From IMG/VR virus record IMGVR_UViG_3300011013_000008, positions 1 to 64,000 of that record: DNA of 64,000 nucleotides; one strand, given 5' to 3'. The stretch is from a virus. This document shows, piece by piece, positions 24,885 through 33,412 of this stretch. The translations under genes were made by a program, and so were the position numbers. Numbering within the stretch: position 1 is the first letter of the stretch; every line of letters starts with the position of its first letter. Below the pieces are notes generated by a model. The model had not been told where the DNA came from, did not search any database, and was given only the letters and a program-made list of their open reading frames with translations.

Positions 24885-24895
24885 AAATGAATAAT

Positions 24896-24972
24896 GCCCT
24901 GTTGGTCTAAATGGATAAGGCAATAGACTTCTAATCTATACGATGCAGGTTCGAATCCTGTGCAGGGTGCCA
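24896..24972 (+). tRNA. tRNA-Arg(TCT)
   Basis: ATAGA-CTTCTAA-TCTAT, CCA. Confidence 0.9.
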
Positions 24973-25129
24973 ATTAAAAGAGAAAATATAATATAATGAA
25001 GTATAAAGCAGAAGCCGGTATGGCATTAGTATTTATAGCTACCATAGGACTTCAGGGTATCTGGAATGCCTTACTATTATTAGGTTTTATGTTAATAATG
25101 TGGGCTATACTTACAGCATAGAGGAAATT

Positions 25130-25324
25130 ATGAGTAGAACTTATCGTACAAAAAGACCACAGTTTAAGTTAGGTAGACATCTAGCTTTTAAATGGTGTAA
25201 GAATGGTAAGGTTAGAGATGGTACTCCTACTCACTACGCTTCAGGCTGTGAAAGGCATGGAGACTGCCCTTACTGCTATAATAATAGAATGTTTTCCACA
25301 GAAAGGAGGAAACCGATAGAATGA
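25130..25324 (+). CDS. small basic Cys/His protein
   Basis: MSRTYR...C.RHGDCPYC.NNR, GAGG RBS. Confidence 0.65.
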   Translation: MSRTYRTKRPQFKLGRHLAFKWCKNGKVRDGTPTHYASGCERHGDCPYCYNNRMFSTERRKPIE

Positions 25325-25539
25325 GTTTATCAAACTTTCCTAAAGATACAAAAGTTGTTATATATGATAAGAAGAGCAACAATGACATATGGTATAAAGG
25401 AATTATAAAATATATACCAAATTCAAATACAGAGAAATACTTTGATGTAGTGCTACAGATTGATGCGCAGCCAATAATTAATACTAGAGGACATTATATT
25501 AATGAAGTATTTCAAATTCCAATAGTGATTAGACCATGA
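25321..25539 (+). CDS. hypothetical protein
   Basis: ATGA overlaps at both ends. Confidence 0.6.
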   Translation: MSLSNFPKDTKVVIYDKKSNNDIWYKGIIKYIPNSNTEKYFDVVLQIDAQPIINTRGHYINEVFQIPIVIRP

Positions 25540-26093
25540 TTTATTTTACATCAGATATACACTTTTTTCATGAAAATATTCTAAAGTATCAAGAGTCTAC
25601 TAGACCTTTTGATACAGTAGAGGAAATGAATGATTTTATTATTAGAAAGTGGAACAGAACAGTTACTAATAAGGATGAAATTTATGTTCTAGGCGATTTT
25701 GCTATGGGACATAAAGAAAAAGCTATTAAATTGATAAAAAAGCTAAATGGACATATTCACCTTATTCGTGGCAATCACGATCACTTTAGTAAAGAACAGG
25801 AAGCTGAAATTTTTAGTTCTGCACAAGATTATAAAGTGCTAAGATATAATAAGGAAAGATTTGTACTATTTCACTACCCTATCCAAGAATGGGATAGGTG
25901 TTATTATGGAGATATGCATCTACATGGCCATTCACATGGTAATCTAAAAGATATTAAGCCTAATAGGTTTGATATGGGTTGGGATATTCATAAAAGATTA
26001 GTTTCTATTGAAGAAGTTAAAACATGGAGAGTTAATGAACACGTACCACAGCATGGTAATACTAGATCAAGAGATGGAACTTTACCCACATGA
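25536..26093 (+). CDS. calcineurin-like metallophosphoesterase
   Basis: SDIHFFH, LGDF, GNHD, FHYP, HGHSHG. Confidence 0.9.
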   Translation: MIYFTSDIHFFHENILKYQESTRPFDTVEEMNDFIIRKWNRTVTNKDEIYVLGDFAMGHKEKAIKLIKKLNGHIHLIRGNHDHFSKEQEAEIFSSAQDYKVLRYNKERFVLFHYPIQEWDRCYYGDMHLHGHSHGNLKDIKPNRFDMGWDIHKRLVSIEEVKTWRVNEHVPQHGNTRSRDGTLPT

Positions 26094-26114
26094 TAATTTT
26101 AGAGGAATTAAAAA

Positions 26115-26531
26115 ATGAAAATAGCATTTGATGTACATGGTGTTTTAGATACTTATGTACATTTTAGAAATACAGCAAAAAGCGTACTTAGTAGAAGAGA
26201 TTCTTTATATATTATATCTGGTCAATTATATGATAAAAATATGCAAGAAACATTAGATTGGGCTGGTTTAAAAGATTATAGGTATTTTTCCATTACTCAA
26301 GAGTTACTAGACAAAGATCCTAATTTAATAACTTGGATTGACGGTAAACCTTGGGCAGATGACGATGTATGGAATAGAGTAAAAGCTGATATATGTCATC
26401 GTGAAGGTATAGATGTTATTTACGATGATTCTCCTATTTATGGAGAATATTTTAGGGATATAAAAACCCTATATGTAGAAGTACAAAATGGTCACTGGAG
26501 TGATTCAGGTAGAGAACAACGAAATAAATAA
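26115..26531 (+). CDS. HAD-superfamily-like protein
   Basis: IAFDVHGVL, ISG, K...C, YDD. Confidence 0.65.
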   Translation: MKIAFDVHGVLDTYVHFRNTAKSVLSRRDSLYIISGQLYDKNMQETLDWAGLKDYRYFSITQELLDKDPNLITWIDGKPWADDDVWNRVKADICHREGIDVIYDDSPIYGEYFRDIKTLYVEVQNGHWSDSGREQRNK

Positions 26532-26535
26532 ATAC

Positions 26536-26565
26536 TTGACTACTTGGTAGTATTCTTGATATAAT
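26536..26565 (+). promoter_or_regulatory. sigma70 promoter
   Basis: TTGACT-18-TATAAT. Confidence 0.75.
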
Positions 26566-26630
26566 ATATTCTCAAGTGAGAAATTAAACAATAAAATGTA
26601 CCCTTGAGGTATAGAAAGAGGAAAAAATTC

Positions 26631-27014
26631 ATGGCAAGTGAATGGACAGATGAACTAAGACAGAAAGCAGTAGAATTATATGAGGAAGGTAATCCTACAG
26701 AGGAAAATACTTTAGAAGTATTAAAATCTGTAGCTGATACTATTGGTAAGACAGTAAATGGAACTCGTATGATTCTTATCGCTGGAGGAGTATATATTGC
26801 TAAGTCAAAAACTACAGCTACTACAACTACGACCAGTGATGGTAAGAAAGTTGTTAAAAAATCAAAGAAAGAAAGCCTAGATGATCTGAAAGGTATATTA
26901 GAAGATAATGGTGCAGAAGTTGACGCATCTATTGTTGATAAACTTACAGGTAAGGCAGCAGAATATTTTCATTCTGCTATTAAGACAATTATAACCCAAA
27001 CTACTGAGGAGTAG
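26631..27014 (+). CDS. T5 D3-like DNA-binding protein
   Basis: WTDE...NPT.EN..E....A...GKTVNG.RMIL..GVY; position before the ligase. Confidence 0.7.
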   Translation: MASEWTDELRQKAVELYEEGNPTEENTLEVLKSVADTIGKTVNGTRMILIAGGVYIAKSKTTATTTTTSDGKKVVKKSKKESLDDLKGILEDNGAEVDASIVDKLTGKAAEYFHSAIKTIITQTTEE

Positions 27015-27019
27015 AATAA

Positions 27020-27652
27020 ATGAGTAAGAGTGAAGAGCGTTTAGATAAACTAAGCATGCAAAAGGTAATATCATTATTAGAGCAGGAAAAGCCAATTACT
27101 AAAAAGGCTGCTTGTGAAATGCTTAATATCTCTTATAATACTACTAGACTAAAAAAGTTAATAGAAGAGTTCAAACGTAAGGAAGAAAATTCTAAGAAAA
27201 GGCGTACTAAGTTAAGGGGCAAACCTATTACAACCGATGAACTATCTATTATAGCTTCAGAATATCTTAGTGGTACAGCTATTTCTGTTATATCTGATTT
27301 TATTTATAGACCAGCTACCTTAATTAAGGAGAGTATTAAAGATCTTAATATTCCAATAAGGCATGCAGAAGCATCTTATCATAATCCTTATTTAATAGAA
27401 GATGGTGCAGTATCAGAAGAATACGAAAAAGATGATTTAGTATACGCAGCTAGATATCAATGTGCTGCTCTAGTAGAAAAGAAATACAGTAATGAAGATG
27501 GTAATTACTATAAAATATATTTGCTGGGTAATGAACAGCAATATGCCATGCAACCATATTGGGAATTAGCAGACCTTACCAGAGTTCATAAAGAACTTAA
27601 AGTGGTTATTAAACCACAAGAAGGTCTAGCTCCCGCAATTAATCCACGCTAA
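27020..27652 (+). CDS. conserved T5-like protein, possible HTH regulator
   Basis: ITKKAACEMLNISYNTTRL. Confidence 0.65.
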   Translation: MSKSEERLDKLSMQKVISLLEQEKPITKKAACEMLNISYNTTRLKKLIEEFKRKEENSKKRRTKLRGKPITTDELSIIASEYLSGTAISVISDFIYRPATLIKESIKDLNIPIRHAEASYHNPYLIEDGAVSEEYEKDDLVYAARYQCAALVEKKYSNEDGNYYKIYLLGNEQQYAMQPYWELADLTRVHKELKVVIKPQEGLAPAINPR

Positions 27653-27667
27653 CAAGAGATAACAAAA

Positions 27668-27973
27668 ATGAATAAAGGTAGAGTTATTGGTCTCCTAAAA
27701 CAACATGGAGATGCTATTTTATCATATAAAGAACCTAAAGGAACAAAAACAGTTAAGAAAGGTACAGTAACCCACCGGTTATGTACTTTAGACTTCAAAA
27801 ATCCCTATATTAAGTCTAGGACACGGGGTAATAAACCTTGGCCTAAGAATAAAACTGATATAGTTGTTTTTAGTTGGACAGATAATAGATATTGGATTCA
27901 TAATCCAGAACATATATTTAAAGTTCAACCACTTTCAGAGATACTAAATAATGTCCGTCCAAAACTATCTTGA
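27668..27973 (+). CDS. conserved T5-like hypothetical protein
   Basis: CTLDF.NPYI...FSW.D; synteny. Confidence 0.65.
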   Translation: MNKGRVIGLLKQHGDAILSYKEPKGTKTVKKGTVTHRLCTLDFKNPYIKSRTRGNKPWPKNKTDIVVFSWTDNRYWIHNPEHIFKVQPLSEILNNVRPKLS

Positions 27974-28916
27974 TAAGGCCGCTAGCGCTTATTATGAGGG
28001 CAATCCCTTCCTGTCAGATGCAGAATTTGATTATTTAGCCCGCATTTATAATTATAATCAACTCGGGGCAAAGCCGCTTAAAAGCGGTACACTGCCCCAT
28101 ATCAACCGATTATATTCCCTACAAAAATTTTATACAGGTGATAAGTTACCAGAATTAGACAATCCAGTAGAATCTCCAAAACTAGATGGCTCATGTATTA
28201 GTATAACTTATATTAATAATATGTTAGATTCAGTAGTTACTAGAGGAGATGGTATTATAGGCCAGGATGTTACTAAGAATTTTATAGGTTGGAATGGAAT
28301 ACCACAAGCTATTACATTCGGCTCTAATAATGTTATCCAAGTAGTAGGAGAGCTTATAGCTCCACTAACTATTGACAATGCTAGAAACTACGCAGCAGGA
28401 GCAGCTAATCTCAAAGATAAAGAAGAATTTCTAAAACGAGATTTAACTTTTATAGCTTATGCAGTATTTATTGGTAGTGAATTATTACAGTCTACTTATA
28501 GAGAGGCTATGTCTACATTAAGTAATTGGGGGTTCTCCACTGTACTAGACAAAGGTTTAGTAGATATCTACCCAACAGATGGAATTGTATATAGAGAAAA
28601 TGATAATACTATTTATAATCTTGCAGGGTTTACTGATAAATATCCTAAAGGAGCATTTGCATTAAAAACTACAGAGGATTTTGAAACAGTAATTACTACG
28701 CTATTAGACGTAGTGTGGGAAACTGGAAAATCTGGTAAAGTAACTCCAGTAGCTGTTCTAGAACCTATTGTAGTAGAAGATGCTTTAGTTAGTAGAGCTA
28801 CACTTAATAATGTAGGTTTTATAGATTCTATGGGAATGAAAATAGGTGATGAGTTATTACTTACTCGTAGTGGAGGTATTATACCAAAGATACTAGGAGT
28901 AGCTAATGAAACTTAA
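27951..28916 (+). CDS. ligA: NAD-dependent DNA ligase subunit A (adenylation + OB domains)
   Basis: YYEG.P.LSDAEFD, PKLDG, TRGDG..G.DVT, RN.AAG, TDGIV, TGKSGKVTPVA, RATLNN, RSGGIIP. Confidence 0.93.
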   Translation: MSVQNYLDKAASAYYEGNPFLSDAEFDYLARIYNYNQLGAKPLKSGTLPHINRLYSLQKFYTGDKLPELDNPVESPKLDGSCISITYINNMLDSVVTRGDGIIGQDVTKNFIGWNGIPQAITFGSNNVIQVVGELIAPLTIDNARNYAAGAANLKDKEEFLKRDLTFIAYAVFIGSELLQSTYREAMSTLSNWGFSTVLDKGLVDIYPTDGIVYRENDNTIYNLAGFTDKYPKGAFALKTTEDFETVITTLLDVVWETGKSGKVTPVAVLEPIVVEDALVSRATLNNVGFIDSMGMKIGDELLLTRSGGIIPKILGVANET

Positions 28917-29148
28917 AGATGTACTTATTAAAATTCTAGCTGATAAGAGACAAGCTTCAGATACATTAGCAGATGTTGTATTATACGCAGAATTAAATAT
29001 AAGTCAATGGTATAGAGGTGCAGATATATCTAATGAATTATTATGTTTACGCAAAGATGTAGATTGTATGCTAAAGTCGGATAATGGAACAATTAGAAAT
29101 ATGCGGGAAGTTCCCTTTAGGGAAGTAGTTAACAGCTATGATATGTAA
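28906..29148 (+). CDS. hypothetical protein between the ligase subunits
   Basis: AGGAG RBS. Confidence 0.6.
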   Translation: MKLKDVLIKILADKRQASDTLADVVLYAELNISQWYRGADISNELLCLRKDVDCMLKSDNGTIRNMREVPFREVVNSYDM

Positions 29149-29230
29149 AATTATCCCCCGCGCCGACCAACCAACATTTTATACATTAATTTATTCCGCG
29201 CATGTGCTAACTAACCATAAAAAATAACTC

Positions 29231-29259
29231 TTGACATTTGCTGGGTAAACTGATATAAT
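29231..29259 (+). promoter_or_regulatory. sigma70 promoter
   Basis: TTGACA-17-TATAAT. Confidence 0.85.
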
Positions 29260-29270
29260 ATATACACAAA

Positions 29271-30029
29271 ATGAAAAAAGAAATAAATATACCAACCAAT
29301 TGTCCATCTTGTAATTCTATACTTACTAGAGTTAATGACCAATTATTCTGCTATAACTCTAATTGTGGAGTTAAGAATACTAAGAAGATCTTACACTTTA
29401 TTAAGGTTATGAAAATAAAAGGACTTGGAGAAAAAACTGTTGAAAAATTAGGTATAAATAGCATACAAGATATTTATACCTTAAATAAAACACAAGTAGA
29501 AGAATTAGTAGGTGAAAAGATTAGTAATAAACTTTTTGCTGAAATAGAATTATCTAAGTTAGCATCATTTGATAAATATCTTGCAGCCTTTAGTATTCCA
29601 TTAATTGGTAATACTGCTGGAAAGAAATTATCTGCTATTATTAATAGTGTAGATGAAATAACAGTAGATAACTGTAAAAAAGCTGGATTAGGAGATAAAG
29701 CCACCCAATCATTAATGAATTGGGTAACTAACGAATATCCAGAGTTTAAAACCCTACCAATAAAAATTACACCTGTTGCTAAACAACAAGAAGTAAAAGA
29801 AATTAATCTAAAAGTCTGTATAACAGGCAAACTTAATGATTTTTCTTCTAGAAGTTTAGCATCTGAGTTCTTACAAGGTAAGGGAATAACTGTAGTATCT
29901 GGAGTAAGTAAAACTCTAGACTATTTAATCGTAGAAGATAATAAACCTTCTAGTAAATTATCTAAAGCAAATAGTTATGGTATTCCACTAATAACTATAA
30001 AAAATCTAATTGAGGAAATTAATAAATGA
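29271..30029 (+). CDS. ligB: NAD-dependent DNA ligase subunit B (Zn finger, HhH, BRCT)
   Basis: PTNCPSC...LFC.N.NC, IKGLGEK, VCITGKL, SVSK.LDYL, SSKL.KA. Confidence 0.92.
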   Translation: MKKEINIPTNCPSCNSILTRVNDQLFCYNSNCGVKNTKKILHFIKVMKIKGLGEKTVEKLGINSIQDIYTLNKTQVEELVGEKISNKLFAEIELSKLASFDKYLAAFSIPLIGNTAGKKLSAIINSVDEITVDNCKKAGLGDKATQSLMNWVTNEYPEFKTLPIKITPVAKQQEVKEINLKVCITGKLNDFSSRSLASEFLQGKGITVVSGVSKTLDYLIVEDNKPSSKLSKANSYGIPLITIKNLIEEINK

Positions 30030-30781
30030 GTAATAACAAACAAACATGGACAGAAGATCGAGTAGCAACATTAGTTGGATTAGTTGGAGCAGACACTTCT
30101 GTTGAAGTATCCGCAGACCTTCAAAATACAGCAGCAGAGCAACTTGATGTATCTGTACGTTCAATCGCATCTAAACTTCGTAATCTTGAGTACTCCGTAG
30201 CTTCTACAGCTACTAAAAAAGTAGCTGCTTATAGTGCTACTGAAGAAGAAGAACTGCGTGCTTTTGTAGAAAGTAATGCTGGTATGTTTACATACGCTGA
30301 AATCGCAGAGCAAGTACTTAATGGTTCTAGAACTGCTAAGCAAATTCAAGGTAAACTATTATCTATGGAGCTATTTGAAAGCGTTAAACCTACCCCTAAA
30401 GTAGAAGCTGCTAAGCAATATTCTGATGAGGAAGAAGTTAAATTTATTGAACTTATGAAAAGCGGAGCATATTTAGAAGATATTGCTGCTGCTATGGGTC
30501 GTGAACTTAACTCTGTTCGTGGTAAAGCATTATCTCTTACCCGTGCTGATGACAGTTTAACTGTGCCTAAGCAGAAAGAGTCTCATGCTACAGCTAAAGC
30601 TGATATTCTGGCAGATATTGAAGATGTTTCTGTAATGACTGTTGCTGAAATTGCTGCTGCAATTGATAAAACAGAACGTGGTGTTAAAACTATGCTTACT
30701 CGTCGTGCTCTTGTTGCAAAAGATTATGATGGTGCTAAGAAAGCTGCTAAAAATGCTAAAGCAGCCGAAGAAGCTGCTTAA
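30026..30781 (+). CDS. T5 D5-like DNA-binding protein
   Basis: repeated HTH-like units (RSIASKLR, KQIQGKLLS, NSVRGKALS, RGVKTMLTRR); synteny. Confidence 0.85.
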   Translation: MSNNKQTWTEDRVATLVGLVGADTSVEVSADLQNTAAEQLDVSVRSIASKLRNLEYSVASTATKKVAAYSATEEEELRAFVESNAGMFTYAEIAEQVLNGSRTAKQIQGKLLSMELFESVKPTPKVEAAKQYSDEEEVKFIELMKSGAYLEDIAAAMGRELNSVRGKALSLTRADDSLTVPKQKESHATAKADILADIEDVSVMTVAEIAAAIDKTERGVKTMLTRRALVAKDYDGAKKAAKNAKAAEEAA

Positions 30782-30807
30782 TCACTAGTAGTTAAGAAAA
30801 AAAAAGC

Positions 30808-30836
30808 AAAGCGGAGACACTCGTCTCCGCTTTTTT
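30808..30836 (+). terminator. rho-independent terminator
   Basis: GCGGAGAC-ACTC-GTCTCCGC-TTTTTT. Confidence 0.85.
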
Positions 30837-30850
30837 ATGTGTGAGGCAAA

Positions 30851-31159
30851 ATGACTAAAAAAGTAACAGTAATATTTGAAGACGGTGAATCTTTAACTAA
30901 TGGTGAAATTATTGCTAACCTACACGCAGTCTATGGTAAAAATGCAGAAGTACAAGTTGACCCTGTTAATAAAACCCCTCAATCTTATATCCAATTTGCT
31001 ATCGAGCAACTAATCACGGAAGAACAAGCTCTAATATTTTTTGACCAGCCAGAGCAATATCAAATTAAACTAAAAGAATTAAGACACCAAGTGCACAAAA
31101 CCCTTCAATTTATATTAAACGATGTAATTATGGAGAATGAAGAAAAGTTTTCTAGTTAG
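30851..31159 (+). CDS. hypothetical protein
   Basis: GAGG RBS. Confidence 0.65.
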   Translation: MTKKVTVIFEDGESLTNGEIIANLHAVYGKNAEVQVDPVNKTPQSYIQFAIEQLITEEQALIFFDQPEQYQIKLKELRHQVHKTLQFILNDVIMENEEKFSS

Positions 31160-31168
31160 GGAGAATTT

Positions 31169-32530
31169 ATGGCAGATATTCGTGGAATAGTATTATATAA
31201 AATACTAAGCAAAGAAGATGGATTTCTAGAGGTATGGTCTAAACTAAAACTAGGTTACTTCGGACAAGAATATAGTTCTATCTATAAGATGTTAGCTAAG
31301 TTTTACCTAACACATAGTGACTTACCTTCATTTTCTGAATTAGAAATATTTAATAGAAACTCAATTAATGCTCTAGCAATAGAAGCATTAAAAAGTATTG
31401 AAGTTCCAGACGTAGAATTAGATTTAGCTCTAGAAGCTCTTATTAATGATTTTACTCAGGAAGAAACCTTAGCTGAGTTAGATAAATTTGTAGATCATAT
31501 AACTATTCTTAGCGCAGAAGAAATTAAGGAAGAATTAGGAAATATACTATTAAATGTAGAAGAGAAAACATTATCCTCAGAAGATATTGTTAGAATGGAT
31601 GAAATAGAACTTACTACTGAACCTGAATTATTAGGATTAATGCCATTAGGCATTAATAATACATTTGATGCAGAAATTGGTGGTATGGCTCCTACAGAAG
31701 TCTTAGCTCTAGGAGGTATGAGAGGTAGTGGTAAATCTATATTAAGTGAAAACTTATGGATTAACCAATATGAATATGGAAAAAGTTCTCTTTACTTTAC
31801 TATTGAAATGCGAGCCAGAGAAATATTTAATAGAGCATTAGCAATGCTTAGTGGTGTTCCTCTTACTAATATTATAAAAGCAGATTTAACTGATATTCAG
31901 CTAGATAAGATTGCTAAAGTTAGAGCGCATATGTTCGAAGGTGGAGAAGAAGTTTATCATAACTATATAGAACATAATGATTATACAAAGTTTAAAAATG
32001 AGTTAATATATACAAAGAAGCTAAAAGAAAATAATCAATTAGTAATAGTTGATAATCCTAGTTTAACATTAGCTAGTATAGACTTAAATATACAGAAGTT
32101 TAAAGCTCAGTTTGGGGATAGTTTAAACTTAGTAGTAGTAGATTATCTTAATGTAATAAACGTAGAAGATAAGTATGATTGGAAAGTACAAGTAGCTACA
32201 TCAGCTAAACTAAAGGAGATTGCTAGAAAGCATGATATAATTTTAGCTGCTCCATATCAAATAGATAAAACAGGTGAAGCAAGGTTCTCAAAAGGTATTT
32301 TAGATAGTGTTGATATTGCTATGACTCTGAATAAATCAGAGGGTAGAATAGATTTTGAATCTACTAAAACTAGAAATATGAAGCCTTTTACAATGGCTTC
32401 TCCTATTGATGATAGAACAATGCGTATTGATCCAAACGATGCAAATTTACCACCTAAAGAGGAAGCAGAACCAGAAGAAAAGAAAGAAAGTAAAAACGAA
32501 GAGAAATCACAAGATTTACCTTGGCACTAA
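31169..32530 (+). CDS. replicative DnaB-like helicase (T5 D6-like)
   Basis: GGMRGSGKS, FTIEM, VVVDY, PYQ, ARFSKGILD. Confidence 0.92.
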   Translation: MADIRGIVLYKILSKEDGFLEVWSKLKLGYFGQEYSSIYKMLAKFYLTHSDLPSFSELEIFNRNSINALAIEALKSIEVPDVELDLALEALINDFTQEETLAELDKFVDHITILSAEEIKEELGNILLNVEEKTLSSEDIVRMDEIELTTEPELLGLMPLGINNTFDAEIGGMAPTEVLALGGMRGSGKSILSENLWINQYEYGKSSLYFTIEMRAREIFNRALAMLSGVPLTNIIKADLTDIQLDKIAKVRAHMFEGGEEVYHNYIEHNDYTKFKNELIYTKKLKENNQLVIVDNPSLTLASIDLNIQKFKAQFGDSLNLVVVDYLNVINVEDKYDWKVQVATSAKLKEIARKHDIILAAPYQIDKTGEARFSKGILDSVDIAMTLNKSEGRIDFESTKTRNMKPFTMASPIDDRTMRIDPNDANLPPKEEAEPEEKKESKNEEKSQDLPWH

Positions 32531-32539
32531 GGAGTTGAA

Positions 32540-33412
32540 ATGAATGTAGTAGAGTTACTAGAGAAAGAAGGAATAAGATATACTAGCGCAGGAAAAGATG
32601 TACTAATACATTGTTTAAATCCTAACCATGAAGATAATAACCCTTCTATGCGTATTGATAGAATAACTGGTATGATGGGTTGTTTTTCTTGTGGCTTTGG
32701 TGGCAATCTATTCACCCATTTTAACAAATCAGTTGACACCACATCGATAAAAGTGATACAATTAAAAAAGAAAATTAGAGATATAACAAAAAATGAATTA
32801 TTATTACCACCAGGCAAAAGCGATTTTAAACAAAACTATCGGGGAATATCTAAAGACACGTATAAGCAATTCGAAGCTTTTACTCATGATAATTATGAGG
32901 GAAGAATTGTATTTCCCATCAGCAATATTACTGGTAAACTTATTGCAGTTATAGGTAGATATGCTTTTAGTGAAGCAACACCTAAGTATTTGATTGACCC
33001 ATCTCATGTTAAATTACCAATTTATCCTCCTAAACCAGATATCTACAAAGATTCAATTATTTTAGTAGAGGGTATATTTGATGTATTAAACCTATATGAT
33101 AAAGGTTTAACTAATGTAGTATGTGGTTTTGGTAAATCAATGGGTGAGACCAAAAAACGAGATAAGAGAGTAGAAGTATTAAATAAATTTATACCTTTAA
33201 AAATACAAGGTGTTAAAAAGATTTTTATTTTATATGATACTGGAGCAGATTCTTCTGCTAAGAAATTAGCTTTTCTATTATCTGAGTTATTTATTACAGA
33301 AGTAGTACTAGACTTTCCACTATTTTCTAAAAATAAAGATGCTGGTGATCTAAATAAAGAGGAAGTTCAACAATTGAAAGAGTATATATATGAAACGAGT
33401 AGCACTGATTGA
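32540..33412 (+). CDS. DNA primase
   Basis: CLNPNHEDNNPS...CFSCG zinc finger; TOPRIM LVEGIFD. Confidence 0.93.
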   Translation: MNVVELLEKEGIRYTSAGKDVLIHCLNPNHEDNNPSMRIDRITGMMGCFSCGFGGNLFTHFNKSVDTTSIKVIQLKKKIRDITKNELLLPPGKSDFKQNYRGISKDTYKQFEAFTHDNYEGRIVFPISNITGKLIAVIGRYAFSEATPKYLIDPSHVKLPIYPPKPDIYKDSIILVEGIFDVLNLYDKGLTNVVCGFGKSMGETKKRDKRVEVLNKFIPLKIQGVKKIFILYDTGADSSAKKLAFLLSELFITEVVLDFPLFSKNKDAGDLNKEEVQQLKEYIYETSSTD

